A stretch of DNA of 64,000 nucleotides. Origin: the human T2T-CHM13v2.0 reference genome, Homo sapiens. The first letter of the stretch is position 1, and each line of letters begins with the position of its first letter. The notes beneath the pieces were generated by a model. It worked only from the letters and a program-made list of their open reading frames with translations. It did no database searches and was not told the DNA's origin. Positions 1-12,760 of this stretch are shown piece after piece. The stretch lies in the NCBI RefSeq assembly GCF_009914755.1, contig NC_060933.1; one strand, given 5' to 3'. A program made the translations under genes and the position numbers.

Positions 1-930
1 CAGAAAGATAACAACTCGCCCTCGCATTGAATTGGAGCTGAAAGATTCGCTTTCCCACCAGGGTGGCTGATTACGTAGATAATTTAGCCCATGTGGAAAA
101 ACATTTACCAATGACAACATTTTCTTAAATATACAGACTACAATTGTTTTACGATGTGATCATTCACGGAGGTTACTGTTATAAGTGACCCTGATTTCAC
201 TGTACAAATTAATATTTTCAGGAAATTAAACTGGTAGAGATTTTTTCTCAATTTTGAAACATGACACTTGGGAAAAAATAAGAAAACAAAAACAAAATAA
301 CAACAAAAGCAAAATTTGTGAATTGCTAGTTTCCAATAGAATGAATTAACGCTATAATTTGAGCAGAGTGATTTTGTTTTCTTGCAAATAGAAAACTAAA
401 GCAGGTATTGATTTATTTGTGTCTTTGGTCAGTTTTTATGGTCTCTGTGTCTTTGATACTGCATTGTCCTGGCTCTTATTTGTGGAAGCATGTAGTAATC
501 AAACAGTTTTAAATTAAATTTTCTTTTTCAGTAGTGATTTTCCTATTTAGAACTTCCTAGCTCTTTTGTACTTGTCTTAACAGTGCTGGTATTCCAAGTT
601 ATAACTTTTTATTTGGGTGGGTTAGCCAATGTATTTTTTAAAAGTCTAATTAATATTATTTTCTAATGTCTTACTTCCAGACACAATTTGAGAAAAAGGG
701 ATTAAGGGAACTCCTTTAGTCACCTAATGTCATTAGGAAATAGTTTTTGTTTGTTTTTTTTTCCATTGCACCAACTTTACAGACAGCATAATGATACTTT
801 ATAAATGTCTCAAGCCAAATGTCTTTTTTAAAAAAGATCAGATCTCTGCTTGAGTTAGCATGAAAAAATTTTCGTAAGTAATTATGGAGTAAAACAAAAT
901 GTGGAATAAACAAGTAAATATATGATGAAC
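1..930 (+). other. Possible end of a terminal coding exon plus AU-rich 3' UTR of an unidentified + strand gene
   Basis: Frames 1 and 2 are open from the window edge to TGA (QKDNNSPSH* ending at 30; RKITTRPRIELELKDSLSHQGG* ending at 70), with several retained CpGs. Repeat-free, U-rich sequence follows, with AATAAA at 905-910. Neither peptide is recognised, so this could equally be non-coding. Confidence 0.2.
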
Positions 931-1013
931 TTATATATGTTAAATGAGAATGTATTATTTTAAAGAAAGCAATTGCTCACACTAGTTCTTGGTTTCAATG
1001 TTGCAAAAATCTA

Positions 1014-1461
<448 letters not shown>

Positions 1462-1552
1462 GATGAAGCAGTTCTTCCAAACACACAGTAATTTCTGTTT
1501 ATAAATTGATTTTGATAATACCATTATCAAAAAGGACCATCAGATATAGCCT

Positions 1553-1883
1553 GGCTTGGCAAATTTTTCTGTATAGGACTAAATAGTAGATACTTTAGGC
1601 TTTGTGGGCTATCCAGTCTTTTGTGACTACTCAACTCTGCTGTTGTGGCATCAAAGCATTCAGACAATAGTAATCACATAAGTGTGGCTGTGTTCCAATA
1701 AAACTTCGTTGGTGGGCACAAAAATTCAAAATTCATGTAATTATCATGTATCATTCTTTTGAATTTTTTTCCCCAAACATATAAAAATGTAAAAATCATT
1801 TTTAGAATATGGGCTCTATAAAAACAGATAAGGTAAGTAGACAGGAAGATGGCTTTAGCCAACAGATAGTGTGCCAATTCCTG
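1553..1883. mobile_element. MER58B-like hAT-Charlie DNA transposon fossil
   Basis: Termini ttggcaaatttttctgta ... tagtgtgccaattcctg; core gtgtggctgtgttccaataaaactt. Confidence 0.85.
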
Positions 1884-2153
1884 AGATGAATAATTAAGTC
1901 TTGGCTAACATATATACTCCATTCCTACTCAGGTAGGTGTTTTATAAAGGCTGTTTAATGGTAATCAAATTTGCAAAACCGTTATTTCCAAAGATACTCA
2001 AGCCCACTGTAATTTTCACTGAATGCCAGTGCTGTCAGCTAAAACAAGTGCTGTAAGAACCATGTTGGACAGTATCTAACCTCATGAAACAGGAGCTTAA
2101 AGATAAGTTCTCATGATGAATTGTATTGAATTACTTGGTGCTCAGTGTCTCTT

Positions 2154-2510
2154 TGTTTACTTCCTGCCTCGCTGATATTAAGCTATGCATTCATCCACCT
2201 AGTCATTTTGTCATTTCTTTGTTCATTCTATCGCTCCACATTCAATGCTAAGCACTTTCCTATGCACTCGGGAAACAGGGGAGTTCGACGTGATTCCTGA
2301 ACTGCAAGAATTGATAATAGCCGCGAGTGAGACAAACAAACTGGTGGCTGGATTCCAGTGTGATAAGTGTGAGATAGGAAAAGATAATTGCCACAAAAGA
2401 GAACGGATGCTGTGCACAACACAGAAAGTAAAATGAAGACTTCAGAGAAACAAATCCGTTTAGGACATTAAAAGAAGAGAATTCTTCCTGCCAACAGCCT
2501 CAGATAATAC
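2154..2510. promoter_or_regulatory. Candidate enhancer (GATA cluster plus overlapping ETS/forkhead site)
   Basis: WGATAR at 2312, 2361, 2372, 2382 and ~2502; TGTTTACTTCCTG at 2154-2166; 9 CpGs in 2161-2460; not a recognisable repeat. Confidence 0.4.
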
Positions 2511-2835
2511 ATATCCTATTTATTTATGCAACATTGTAGCAATTTTCTGCATCTTTCACAGACAGAATTTTAGGGATGAAAGACATCCTAATAATAACTT
2601 CTTTGAATTCTCAAATATTAACTGATGAGGAAAAAGTGGCCCTGAGAGAAGTGAGAAGTTCAAGGTCATCCAGCTCTTGAGAGGTGGCCTTATTCAACTC
2701 CAAAGCTCTTCAGTGCCAACTCAGCATTGTTTTCACTAAGCCTTTCATACCTCTTCCATAGCTTTTCAATGATTATGCATTGTTGATTCTCTCTTTTCTA
2801 TGCAGATTCTCTAAGTCAACTTTCAGAGCTCTTAC

Positions 2836-2939
2836 CTTTTCTTCAGTGATTCCTTAGTGACTATAGTTGATAAAAATTGAGAAAATGCAGTTGGAACTAA
2901 TGCACAAAGGATGTTCCCTTTAAAAAATTTTCTGCTGAT
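2836..2939 (-). other. Candidate spliced exon (104 nt), probably non-coding
   Basis: Minus-strand acceptor gttgtgtttttacttcag| and donor AAG|GTAAGA. One frame is open (ISRKFFKGNIL...) but not recognised. Confidence 0.3.
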
Positions 2940-3739
2940 CTGAAGTAAAAACACAACTACCTCAGCTCTCAGACTCAGCATATTGTCTTCTTCATTCCAG
3001 GTTACTCCATAAATTGAAATTATCGTCATTTGTGGCTCTCACAAGATTAGAGGTGACTGAGTACTTCATCAACTAAGATCAGAATTTCCCATGGCACAAA
3101 ACAAAACACTTGTATAATGATCTAGGAGAGTGGATTAAACATACTGAATGAGAGAGCTACACACTGAAAATGTTCAGGGGATTATCAGTGTAGCTTTTCA
3201 AATCCACTCAATGAAAGTGAAATTGATGTGGCTTTGCTTAAGTGTCAGTACCATTTTGGGGTCTGAACTTTTATATTTCTGACTTCCTGCTATTTTAACT
3301 GTAAAGAAAAGAATCCACACTCTTTACTTAGCTACGACTCCACCCAGTGCTCTTTTTGGTACATTCAGGGTTGGGAAGTGGAGGGAAGCATTCAACTTCC
3401 TAAGGCAGAATCTCTGTAGACCTGCAGGGTCTTAGAGTTATTGTGCTTTTCTCTAGGACATCATAATTAGAAAAGGGGGGGTCGATGGCTGAGATACCTG
3501 GAAGAATTTCCAAAGGTTGAACATGGCAACTACAACTACAACATAGCAAGAGCTTCGTAGGAAACCTTACTCATCATTTTTGTTATCCACTTAGTGGGTC
3601 ACTGTGTTATAGGGCTTCAGGTACATAGTTTCATTTAATCTATGTTGAATCCTATGAAACAGCCCCTATTCTCCCCATGCATCTCAGTCACATCTGCAGT
3701 GGAGGGAAGTACACAGGATTTGGAAATGAAGGTTATAAT

Positions 3740-3965
3740 AATAATATCAATAATATTAATACAATAATAACAATAGGCATGTACCATTTGTGTTTTAGGG
3801 ATTCTTATAAATATTAATACTTAATATGTTAATTTATTTAATCTTTCCAGCATCCATAAGAGTTATGATCCTCACTTTAAAATTATAAGCTATAGTTAAA
3901 TATGCCTAAAGTTAATAAGTAAAAGAGCAAGAGTTTGGAACCAGGCGATCCGACTCTAGAGGTCA
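3740..3965 (-). mobile_element. MIR SINE (degenerate)
   Basis: atttaatct ... atcctcactttaaa ... gagtttggaaccaggcgatccgactctaga matches antisense MIR. Confidence 0.55.
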
Positions 3966-4057
3966 CATAGAAATACCACCATACTACAGAGAAGCTCCCA
4001 CAAAAGGCAGCCGATGGAGGGGTGTTTATATTTGCTGTTAACCTATATTCCATAGGC

Positions 4058-4081
4058 AAAAAAAAAAAAAAAAAAAAAAAA
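4058..4081 (+). repeat. Poly(A)24 tract
   Basis: Seen directly; no SINE/LINE body attached. Confidence 0.9.
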
Positions 4082-5830
4082 GGGTTTCATCTGCAGGCTC
4101 CTACCTAAGTTTAATAGGTGTATAATTTGCCAATAGAATTTAAGAAATATTGAGCAAACTCTGTAGTTGGTGATTTAAATGCTCATTTAAAAAATTTCAA
4201 TACATGATAGTTGTTCTTTCTCCATGTATTTTTTAATGAAATCTATCCCTTATCCACCTCCATGGATTGGAATTGTTTTGTTCTATCTCTTATTATCCTT
4301 GAATATACCTCAGCATAGACAGTGTGACATAATGTCTGTATGTGTTTGTGATAACTTAATCTACCTTCTATGGGAGATCAGTTGGCCTAATTGGGAGAAC
4401 AGTCTCCAAGGACAGCTAGCATTTTAAAACTTCTAATCTGAAGCCCACTTTCTAAAAGTATGCTCTTCAGCTATCTTTATCTTTAAGATTTTTATGTCTG
4501 ATTAACATCAGAGGTTTTATGGATTAGCATAACAGATATATTAGAAATTATTTTTTTGTTACTCACATGAGGATATGAGTAATGGAAGTATTGTAGGAAT
4601 AGAGTGTAAGAATCTAGAGACTAGGTGGCCTGTATCTTTTAGAAGGAGGCCAAAAGCCAGACTTTGAAATAATCTAGTATACACCCATTGATTCTGAAGA
4701 TACTTGCTGCCACACTAAATTCTGCTGCTAGAATATTGGTTGCATTTCCTTCAAGCAAATTTGTCACACTGCTGGCGTTAAAACACTAAGAATGTACCGA
4801 ACAAGCTGCATGCTTGATTGCCAATAAGTGTTTGTATGTGTGACCAAATTTCATCTACCAGCCTTGTTTTTACTATAATGTGGTTGTAGGAAGAGACTTA
4901 TAACCTTTACCTGACTCTACTATTGAAACTTTTATTTACCACTTGGAACCTACTAGTTGTGAATGATCCATTGCCTTAGATCAGATTGTGGCAGGAGTCT
5001 GTGTGTGCACACACATGCACATACACACACACAGGAGAAAAGTGAAATAAAAGGGAGGAAGTAGGTGAGAGAATCAGGCTGCCAACTGTTTATATATGGG
5101 CTTACTTGTCCTTGTCCCCTTTGGTTGGAAAGTTTTTCATCCACAAATTCTCCTGAATTTCTTACAGTGATCAGGCCATTTGTCTTTTGCTACAGAGATG
5201 ATAGCACATTCTTTATGATATACACTTAACTACAGTTGTTCATACCCCTGTCACCTTCAGGATTGATGACTCAAAAGCACTCTCCTTCAGACTACCATGC
5301 CAACTTACATGCCTTTATTTGTTCTTTGAAAGCCTGTGTTGTGTATATTTCATGGAAAAATCTGGTTTAAATGTTCTTCCTTTTACTTTTTACACATGAC
5401 AAATGTTCAAGCCACTTTTCTCCCTCAAAATTTTCATTAATATTGCTTTCTTCCTTTCTTCTAATGTTGCCATGCTTCTTCCTCATGTCTTTGAAATCAG
5501 AAAACCATTTAGTAAACAGTGTCATAAATACTTCTTAAAACCCTTAGGGCTCATATCACGGAATACTATTTCCAGGCCTGCAGCATCATAGTTTTCTTAA
5601 GTTACAGTTTTTCCTGTAAAACTTATATTATTTACATTTGTCTGTATGAATTAAGTATTCTCTCCCCAGAATGGCATTTCTTGAATTTTTCTCCCTACCT
5701 TTTGTTTTCATTTTCTTCTTTAAATGTAGCTATAATCTGTTTCAACAAGGGGTGAAGATACATTGTAGAACCAACAGAAACCTTCATTTGACCCAGCAGA
5801 GGAAATAAATTTAGTATTAACATGAGCGGT

Positions 5831-6220
5831 TGCATTAGTTTAGGTAGGCTGTGCTATGCTGCAATGAAAAACAATCCATGGTAACAAATTTACTAAACAA
5901 ATTTATACAACAAATTCTTTCTCACTCTTACAAAGTCCACCCAAGGTTGAGGGACTCTCCAGGGTGACTCTCCTCTATGTAGTGACTCACGGATCCAGGC
6001 TGCTTTTATCTTGGGCTTATGCCACTTATAACACTTGGCTTTTATGGTAACCGAAGCAATGGAAAAAAACAGTTGGAAAGTTATCTACCAGATCTTAAAT
6101 GCTTTACCCAAGAGTAATACAAATTACTTCTTTTTACAGCACATTGACCAGACCAAGTCACCAATGACTGCCTAACTGCAAGGGGACTATAAATACCAGG
6201 TGAGCAGTAATCATCTCTGC
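5831..6220 (-). mobile_element. Old MaLR solo LTR (MLT1K/L-like)
   Basis: Terminus tgcattagtt..taggctgtgctatgctgcaatgaaaaacaa; internal gtgactcacggatccaggctg and cacattgaccagaccaagtcac motifs. Confidence 0.75.
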
Positions 6221-6854
6221 CTAGTGCTTTCCTAGAGCAAGCACTGTGTAACTGCTGAGGCCCTCTGGCACCAACTCCACTCAGTCTGGAGGGGGGAGCA
6301 ATGGAATGCAACTAAATAGTTACAATTAGCATGCCTCTGTCATTCAGAGTTATCCTTTTAATTAACTGGCATTTCCACTTAGAGATACGACTGGCATCTC
6401 ATTCAACTGAACCCAATTTCCCTCTCCCCCACTCTTTGCAAAGTGCTATTCATTTATAAAGTAGTCAGCCTGTTCCTCTCCTTTAGGCAAGAATAAATAA
6501 AATGATATGGGGATGGGGTGGTGAAGTTTTGATGAGTTCCTTCCTTAGCAATAAACCATGAGGGAAGAATTCCAACAGTACCTCCATATTTATAAGATTG
6601 TATCCTGCTATGGATTAGGATCTTGAGAGCTTTAAAATAGTTTCTCAACTTTTAAACCTTGCTAAGCTTGTTATACTCTATCTATATCTATGTAGAGATT
6701 AGCAGCAAAGCCTTTAAAAATGTAGCATCTGTGCATTTTTCTTTCAGGACTACAGTAAGGAGAAGGGAAATCTGGGGTGCTGAAGAATGGTCATGAAGAG
6801 AGGCTATGGTGTCAGTAAGCTCTGAGATGAAATTTCTCTCACTGTTGCCTATGA

Positions 6855-7025
6855 ACTGTTTGATCTTGAATAAGTTCATTGGCATCTGTATTGCTCTAAA
6901 ATGAAGATGCAAAGACCTACCTCAGCAGTAGTTGTGAGGATGAAATAAGAAAATGTACCCAAAGCATTTAGTGGCAAGCATCAACGAATAGTGGCCATCA
7001 ATATAATTGTTAATACTAATAATCA
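6855..7025 (+). mobile_element. MIR SINE
   Basis: taaaatgaagatg...acctacctca...gttgtgaggatgaaataaga core. Confidence 0.65.
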
Positions 7026-7719
7026 TAACAGTTATACTGCAGAGAGTAGGAGAAGAGAGCCACAAAGAGCTCAGTCTGGGTGGAGGTCTAGGAGATGGCC
7101 CTGATTTTAGTAGTGGAAATATTTGCAAGAAGGTTTGAGGCCTCCTCTTATATTCTTCTTGGATGATATCTTTCTAATATTTTTCCATCTTTCTGCGAAT
7201 GAAATAGAGTTGTTTAATATCAACATCTATTTTCTTTTTGATTCTGCCTAGATATGGTGGCCTTCTTGGTCTGAGTTGGAGAGTCTGGGGATGTGCCAGG
7301 AATACTGGGTCAATAGAAGGAAAGCTTAGATTTTGAAAATCGATATGTAGACTGAAGATGAGGGAGACATTTCTATAAGGGTCACAGGGACAGAGGAAAA
7401 GCAATATGAGGTAGATCTGGGGGTACTCAACGAAATGAGCTTGGCACCAAACCAGGAGCTCCAAAGAGACACTACAGAAGTCAAGGCTTAGATGGGGACA
7501 GGAATGACTTCATGGCTCCTTTCACAGAAAATGTTATGGCATGGGGAGAAGAAAAGGAATCGTATTGTAGTCTCAAAGGACTTCATTATTTGTTTAAAGG
7601 ATAGTAGTATGTATACTGCTACTATGGCATTCTCAAGATTTTGCTTGGTTCTCTCTCCATTTCACTTACTTTTAATACTGGTGACACCCAAATAAAAACC
7701 CCAGCACACGTCTTTAGGT

Positions 7720-7900
7720 CAGTTTTTCTCAAAGAATAGTCCCCAGACCAGCAACTTCAACATCATCTGGGAGCATTATAGATATGCAAATTCTTGAGCC
7801 CCACCTCAGAATCAGAAACTTTGGGTGTGAGGCCCAGGAATCTGTGTTTTCAACAAGTCCTCTTGGTGACTCTGTTGCACACAAAGTCTGAGAGCCAAAT
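7720..7900. mobile_element. MER5A hAT-Charlie element
   Basis: cagtttttctcaaag...ccagaccagca...atgcaaattcttgagccccacc...aatcagaaact...aatctgtgttttcaacaag. Confidence 0.85.
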
Positions 7901-8189
7901 TGTTACAGAGTATATCACATATTTCTCATATTCAGTATGCTCCAAATGTGACTCACCTCTTCTTCTCTACTCTTGCTAACCATACCCAGTCCCACTGTCT
8001 TTACAAAAATATTTCCTCCTTAAGACCAGAGGCTCAAGTCAGAAACTTGAATTTCTACTCTACTTCTTACCCACCCATCAAATAAAATCTCCAAATTATC
8101 AAATCACCAAATAGCTCTCAAATATATCCTCTTATCTCCCTGCCCACAGACCACCATCAACTCAGCCTGTACTTTGGAAAGTCTTCTCT

Positions 8190-8660
8190 GAACCACTATT
8201 TTGTGCCAGGCATTTTGTTAAGCCAGAGTCAGCAACTATAGATGGCAAGACAAATCCAGCTTATGCCTGTTTTTGTAAATAAGATTTTACTAGAATGTAG
8301 CCACAATCATTCATTTTCATATCACCTGTGGCTTTTGTGTGTGTTTGTTTCACTGCAACAGAGTAGTTGTGACAGAGACTGTATGGCCCACAATATCTAA
8401 ATTAATCTTTACTATCTGGTCCTGTACAGAAAAGCTTTACCGATCTCTGTGATTGGCACTGGGTACTGGAGAGAAAGATGCCATCTACATCCTCATGGAG
8501 CTGACAGTCCAACAGGGAAGATCAGAAGTTAAAGTGAGCTATCTAGTTATCTAGGTCAGGAACATCTGACCTACACTATGGGGAACCAGAAAGGATTTCC
8601 AGGGAAAGTGAGGTGAAGCTGAGTTTCAAAGGATAAATAGAAATTCATTAGATAAAGAAA
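8190..8660 (-). mobile_element. L2 3' fragment interrupted by MER58A
   Basis: ctattttgtgccaggcatt before the MER58A; cctcatggagctgacagtc and gaagctgagtttcaaaggataaatag after it. Confidence 0.6.
8224..8449. mobile_element. MER58A hAT-Charlie element
   Basis: cagagtcagcaactat...gcctgtttttgtaaataag...gagtagttgtgacagagactgtatggccc...tttactatctggtcctgtacagaaaag. Confidence 0.85.
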
Positions 8661-10403
8661 AAAAAAAAAGAAAAGTGTTCAAACCAGTGGAAATACCTTT
8701 TTTTTTTTTTTTTTGATAGCTTCTCTCAGCTCTTAGTCTAATCCTCAGTACATTCTGATTTTTTAACCTAGCTGACTGTTCAATGATCACCTTATAAAAT
8801 CCAGTGAGTCTAAGTCTTTAGAACCGGAATCTTCTGATCGCCGCCTTCCTAGATGGTTTTTCTGTGCATGCTGGGTGAGTCCTCACTTTGGATGTGGTCA
8901 GTCGTGATTCAGGTAGCACTGGAACACCACTTTCGAGCACCCCAAACAACCCACATTAAGACTCTAAACAAATTGCTTCCTGCAAGGCCAATACACACTT
9001 TGGGAATTGCCAAAAGTAGTAACTATCAGATTGCATTTTACATCTGGTAAAAGTGACCTGGATAGAAGAGTACTGGTGTAACAGTTTTGCCCAAGGGTCT
9101 GTGGCCTTTTGCTCAAATGTTTTCAGAGGCAAATTATACACAAGATCTGAAATTACTTTGGCCACATATTTATTTTTTTCCTAGTGAAAATTCTTTTCCT
9201 TTTTGTGGAGACACTTGAGGAAAACATTTTTTAAAAAAACTCAAGAAAATATATCTGAAATAATTATAGAAGAATTTACTTCCTTTACTTTTTTCCCTAT
9301 TTCCACTGCATGATACAAAACAAAACAAGAAAACCTTTCCTCTGCTCATTAAGGACGACTGCTTCATAGGCACTTTCTTTCTTTCTCCTAGGAGAAAAGA
9401 AGGTGCAAAAATGGGGGTCCAGGCCATTGCCATGGGGAGTCCAGGCTCCAACAATTTGTGGCTAGAGCCATTTTTCTTCTCATTTTGCTGTAACCTCCTC
9501 TGCTTTTACTGCTGCCCCAACATCTCAGGTAAAACACATATTCATTCTCTTTCCTGTCTACAAAGCCATGCTAGAATAATTCCACCTGTTTTGTAGCTGT
9601 CACTGATCCTTTTTGGCATGAAAAATGGAAACACTGGGACCGTGAAAGCACTGTCTACATTTCCAGCATCTCACTGGGTGCCCTCCTCTAGCTAATAACT
9701 TGCTCCCATCCAAATGGTACATTTTCACTTCAGGCAGGGATGTCTCTGGATGACTGTTTTAGAGGTAGAAGTAGTTAGGGGATCTGAGACACTTCTTAAT
9801 TTTCCCCTCCTCTCCAGCCTCTAACATTCCTCATGAATCAGATCATTGACTGCTCGCTGCTTTTTTTCCTGCACAGCCTGCTTTGGTTATCACCAGCATT
9901 ACTTTCAATCATGTTGCAGATCTAGCTGATTAAAAACACTGGCCTTGAGAAAATTCTCTTTCTTAGAAGTCAATGCTTGAAGGAGATTAGGACTATTTAT
10001 ATTGTAAGGCACTCCCTGAAAGCCTCTGGTGGCTTTACTCTCTTGACTGATGCAAACCTCGACTAATTCTCTTTATCCAGATAATCCACTCACTTCCAAT
10101 ATTCATCAAATGGCAAAATGAAAAGCTTTTAAGAAAGAGAATAAATGTGCAGGCTTAAAATCACATAGAATTTTAGTCTTAACAAAATTGTGAGAGAAAT
10201 TATGGGAAATCAGGGTTCTGAATCCTATTTCCAATGAGATAACATAAAAGCAGATAAAATTCATGGGACCATAGCAAATATGTTTCGTATCTCTTGAATT
10301 ACTTTAGCAAGTGTTTCGATTACAAACCTTTGATGAAAAAAATGTGTTTTTCTTTCTCTGATAAGATCACAATAGGACAAACTTTTAGAAATCTGAGCTC
10401 CTA

Positions 10404-10716
10404 TTTTTTTTTTTTTTTTTTGTTTGAGACAGAGTCTCTTTCTGTCACCTAGGCTTCAGTGCAGGGGCTCAATTATAGCTCACTGCAGCCTCAAACACCT
10501 GGACCCAAGTGATCCTCCTCCCTCAGCCTCCCAAGTGGCTAGAACTATGGATGTGTACCACCATGCCTGGCTAATTAAAAAAATATATATATTATTTTTT
10601 AGAGATGGGGTCTCACTATGTTGCCCAGACTGGTCTCAAATCCTGGGCTGAAGTTATCCTTCTGCTTCAGCCCCCCGAGGTGCTACAATTACAAGTGTGA
10701 GCCACCATGCCCAGCC
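10404..10716 (-). mobile_element. Alu SINE, AluJ-type
   Basis: Poly(T) followed by antisense Alu with J positions (atagctcactgcagcctcaaac, ggtctcactatgttgcccag, tcctgggct). Confidence 0.95.
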
Positions 10717-12760
10717 ATACTTCATTTTTATACATGAAATTATCTATTGCATCCATCTTTCCATCTGATGCTTATATTAAGTATATTCGATATTTACTAT
10801 GCAGTGACCACACACAAGGTACTAACAAATAAAGGGGGAGAGTGTTGTCCTAAAGGAGTTTCCAGTATTATAGTAAAGACTGATGGAGTCATTCTGAGTT
10901 AGGCCAGAAAACTAGGGGAAGCTAAAATAATCAAAGTCAGTCTTTTCTCTGATTCAATCATTTCTATGGCATTAAGAGAAACAAAACATGGTGAGAAAAG
11001 GGATGTTTTTTGAAGTGGTGACATCTAGAACTCCAGTCCCAGATTTGTGTAATTAGTAGTTAGTTAAACAGGCTTCTGTGAACTAAAAGCGGTGTCAATC
11101 ACACCTCTGCATCTGTTACTCTGGGTTAGGGGTAACATGTAGGATGATGCTACAAGATTCTTACTAGTGCTGCCAGGGTCTCAGCAAGGCATATCAAAGG
11201 ATTTTCCAAGAATATTCACAAAGTAGTGTAGCCATTTTATTACACTTTGAAGAATTCTGACCAAAAATGTAAAATGAAAGAAAATAAAAACTCAGTTCTC
11301 TTTATAGATAGCAATATGCTATAGTAAGGTATCAACTGGCTTAGTATTCACCAAAAAATGCTCTGATATTTGGAGCAAAAGAGTATGAGAAGAATGGTCT
11401 GTTGATGGAAGGAGCTAGCAGGTTTCTTTTCCAGGTTTACTCTATATTTGACAAGTGGGCTATTTCTGGCAAGTTGAATAAAGTGGTGAGAATCACTATA
11501 AGAGAACAAACAGAAGAGCTATAAACCATATCCTTTTGACCTGAATTTTCAAACAGAAAAACTATCATTTAAAGTTTAGTCAATGCAAACAAAACAAGAA
11601 GACTGCAGGCCAATCATGTTGCCTTTAAGGTCTGATTCCAATTACTCAGGTTTCTACAGGGTAGTTTGGGTGCAAACAGGGATGGGTATTGATGGCCATA
11701 CAGTTGAAACGAGGGCACTTATGTCTGTGTATGTATCCTGTTATATCTCCATAATGAAACAATGAATGTGCTGAATTGTAAAATGATAAGAATCGTTTTT
11801 AGAGGCCTTAGCCTAGGAAAGGCCCCTTACACTCGGAAAATCCTATTCAGGGCTTGTACAACATGTAAAACCTCAGTGGGATCATTTGGTCCTGTAGGTG
11901 GGCACAATCTGAAGGTATCTGAATAAGGGAGGGAGGTAAGCTGATTTCATCTTGGCTAACACTTTTTAACCACATCAACATGAATATTGACATTCTCCTG
12001 AGACCCAGTGTATATGTCATAGCAATCTCTTATTCATTCCTGGGGACTTTATGGTCCTGAGGATAAAAGATGCTTGGACTGCCTCCCTTCCCCCGACAAA
12101 GATTTCAAGATACTCCCTGAACAAAAATTTTACAAGCTCCAAAAAATAAGGAAAAAAATCAATGTAACCCTTTTGCCTCCTCTTTCTATAGTTAAGCAGA
12201 TGGCCGGCATTAGGGGGAGATGGCTTTGAAATGGGTCCCAGTTCGTATGCATCTATGGGCCTTGGGCATTATCTAGAAGATACGTTATTCTAGGTGGAAG
12301 CTCCCATGCAGATTATAGGACATTTAGGGAAACGTTCTCTTGAATTTGAATTTAAACTGTGCTGAGCTCAAGAATCAGTGTTGTTCTTAGGAGACTCTGC
12401 ATATACAATGGTTATCTACATTTCATGGTTGTGCGCAGATTTTAGAGAGGACCGTGTATAAGGTATCCAAACAAAGCTTGCGTGGCTGTCCTGAACTGGA
12501 GCTCAGAAAGATCACTTTACTTACACTCTAGTCTATGGTGTTGTTGGAGGTAGAATAATTTTTTACTTTGGTAAAGGTATTTCTGGTGGTTATTCTATTT
12601 CGCAGATTCTCTGAAGGGAAGAGGTTTGAAGAAGGAAGCCTACAGGGCAGGGAAGCAAGTTCAGAGATTGGGGTATGTTCCTAATTGCAGAGGGTTTCAT
12701 TTGGGATGCTTTTTACTTACGTTTTGAAAATAATCTTACATAGAGAATAATTATTTCCAT

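Noticed and set aside
2223-2436. Three overlapping 63-64 aa ORFs, one with a CxxC
   Set aside because: No recognisable domain and no convincing flanking splice sites; better explained as motif-rich non-coding DNA.
4058-4081. Orphan poly(A) as a possible retrocopy tail
   Set aside because: No upstream polyadenylation signal or TSD visible.
11898-11935. 38-nt + strand micro-exon candidate (tag|...GAG|GTAAGC)
   Set aside because: Weak pyrimidine tract and no partner exons; likely chance.
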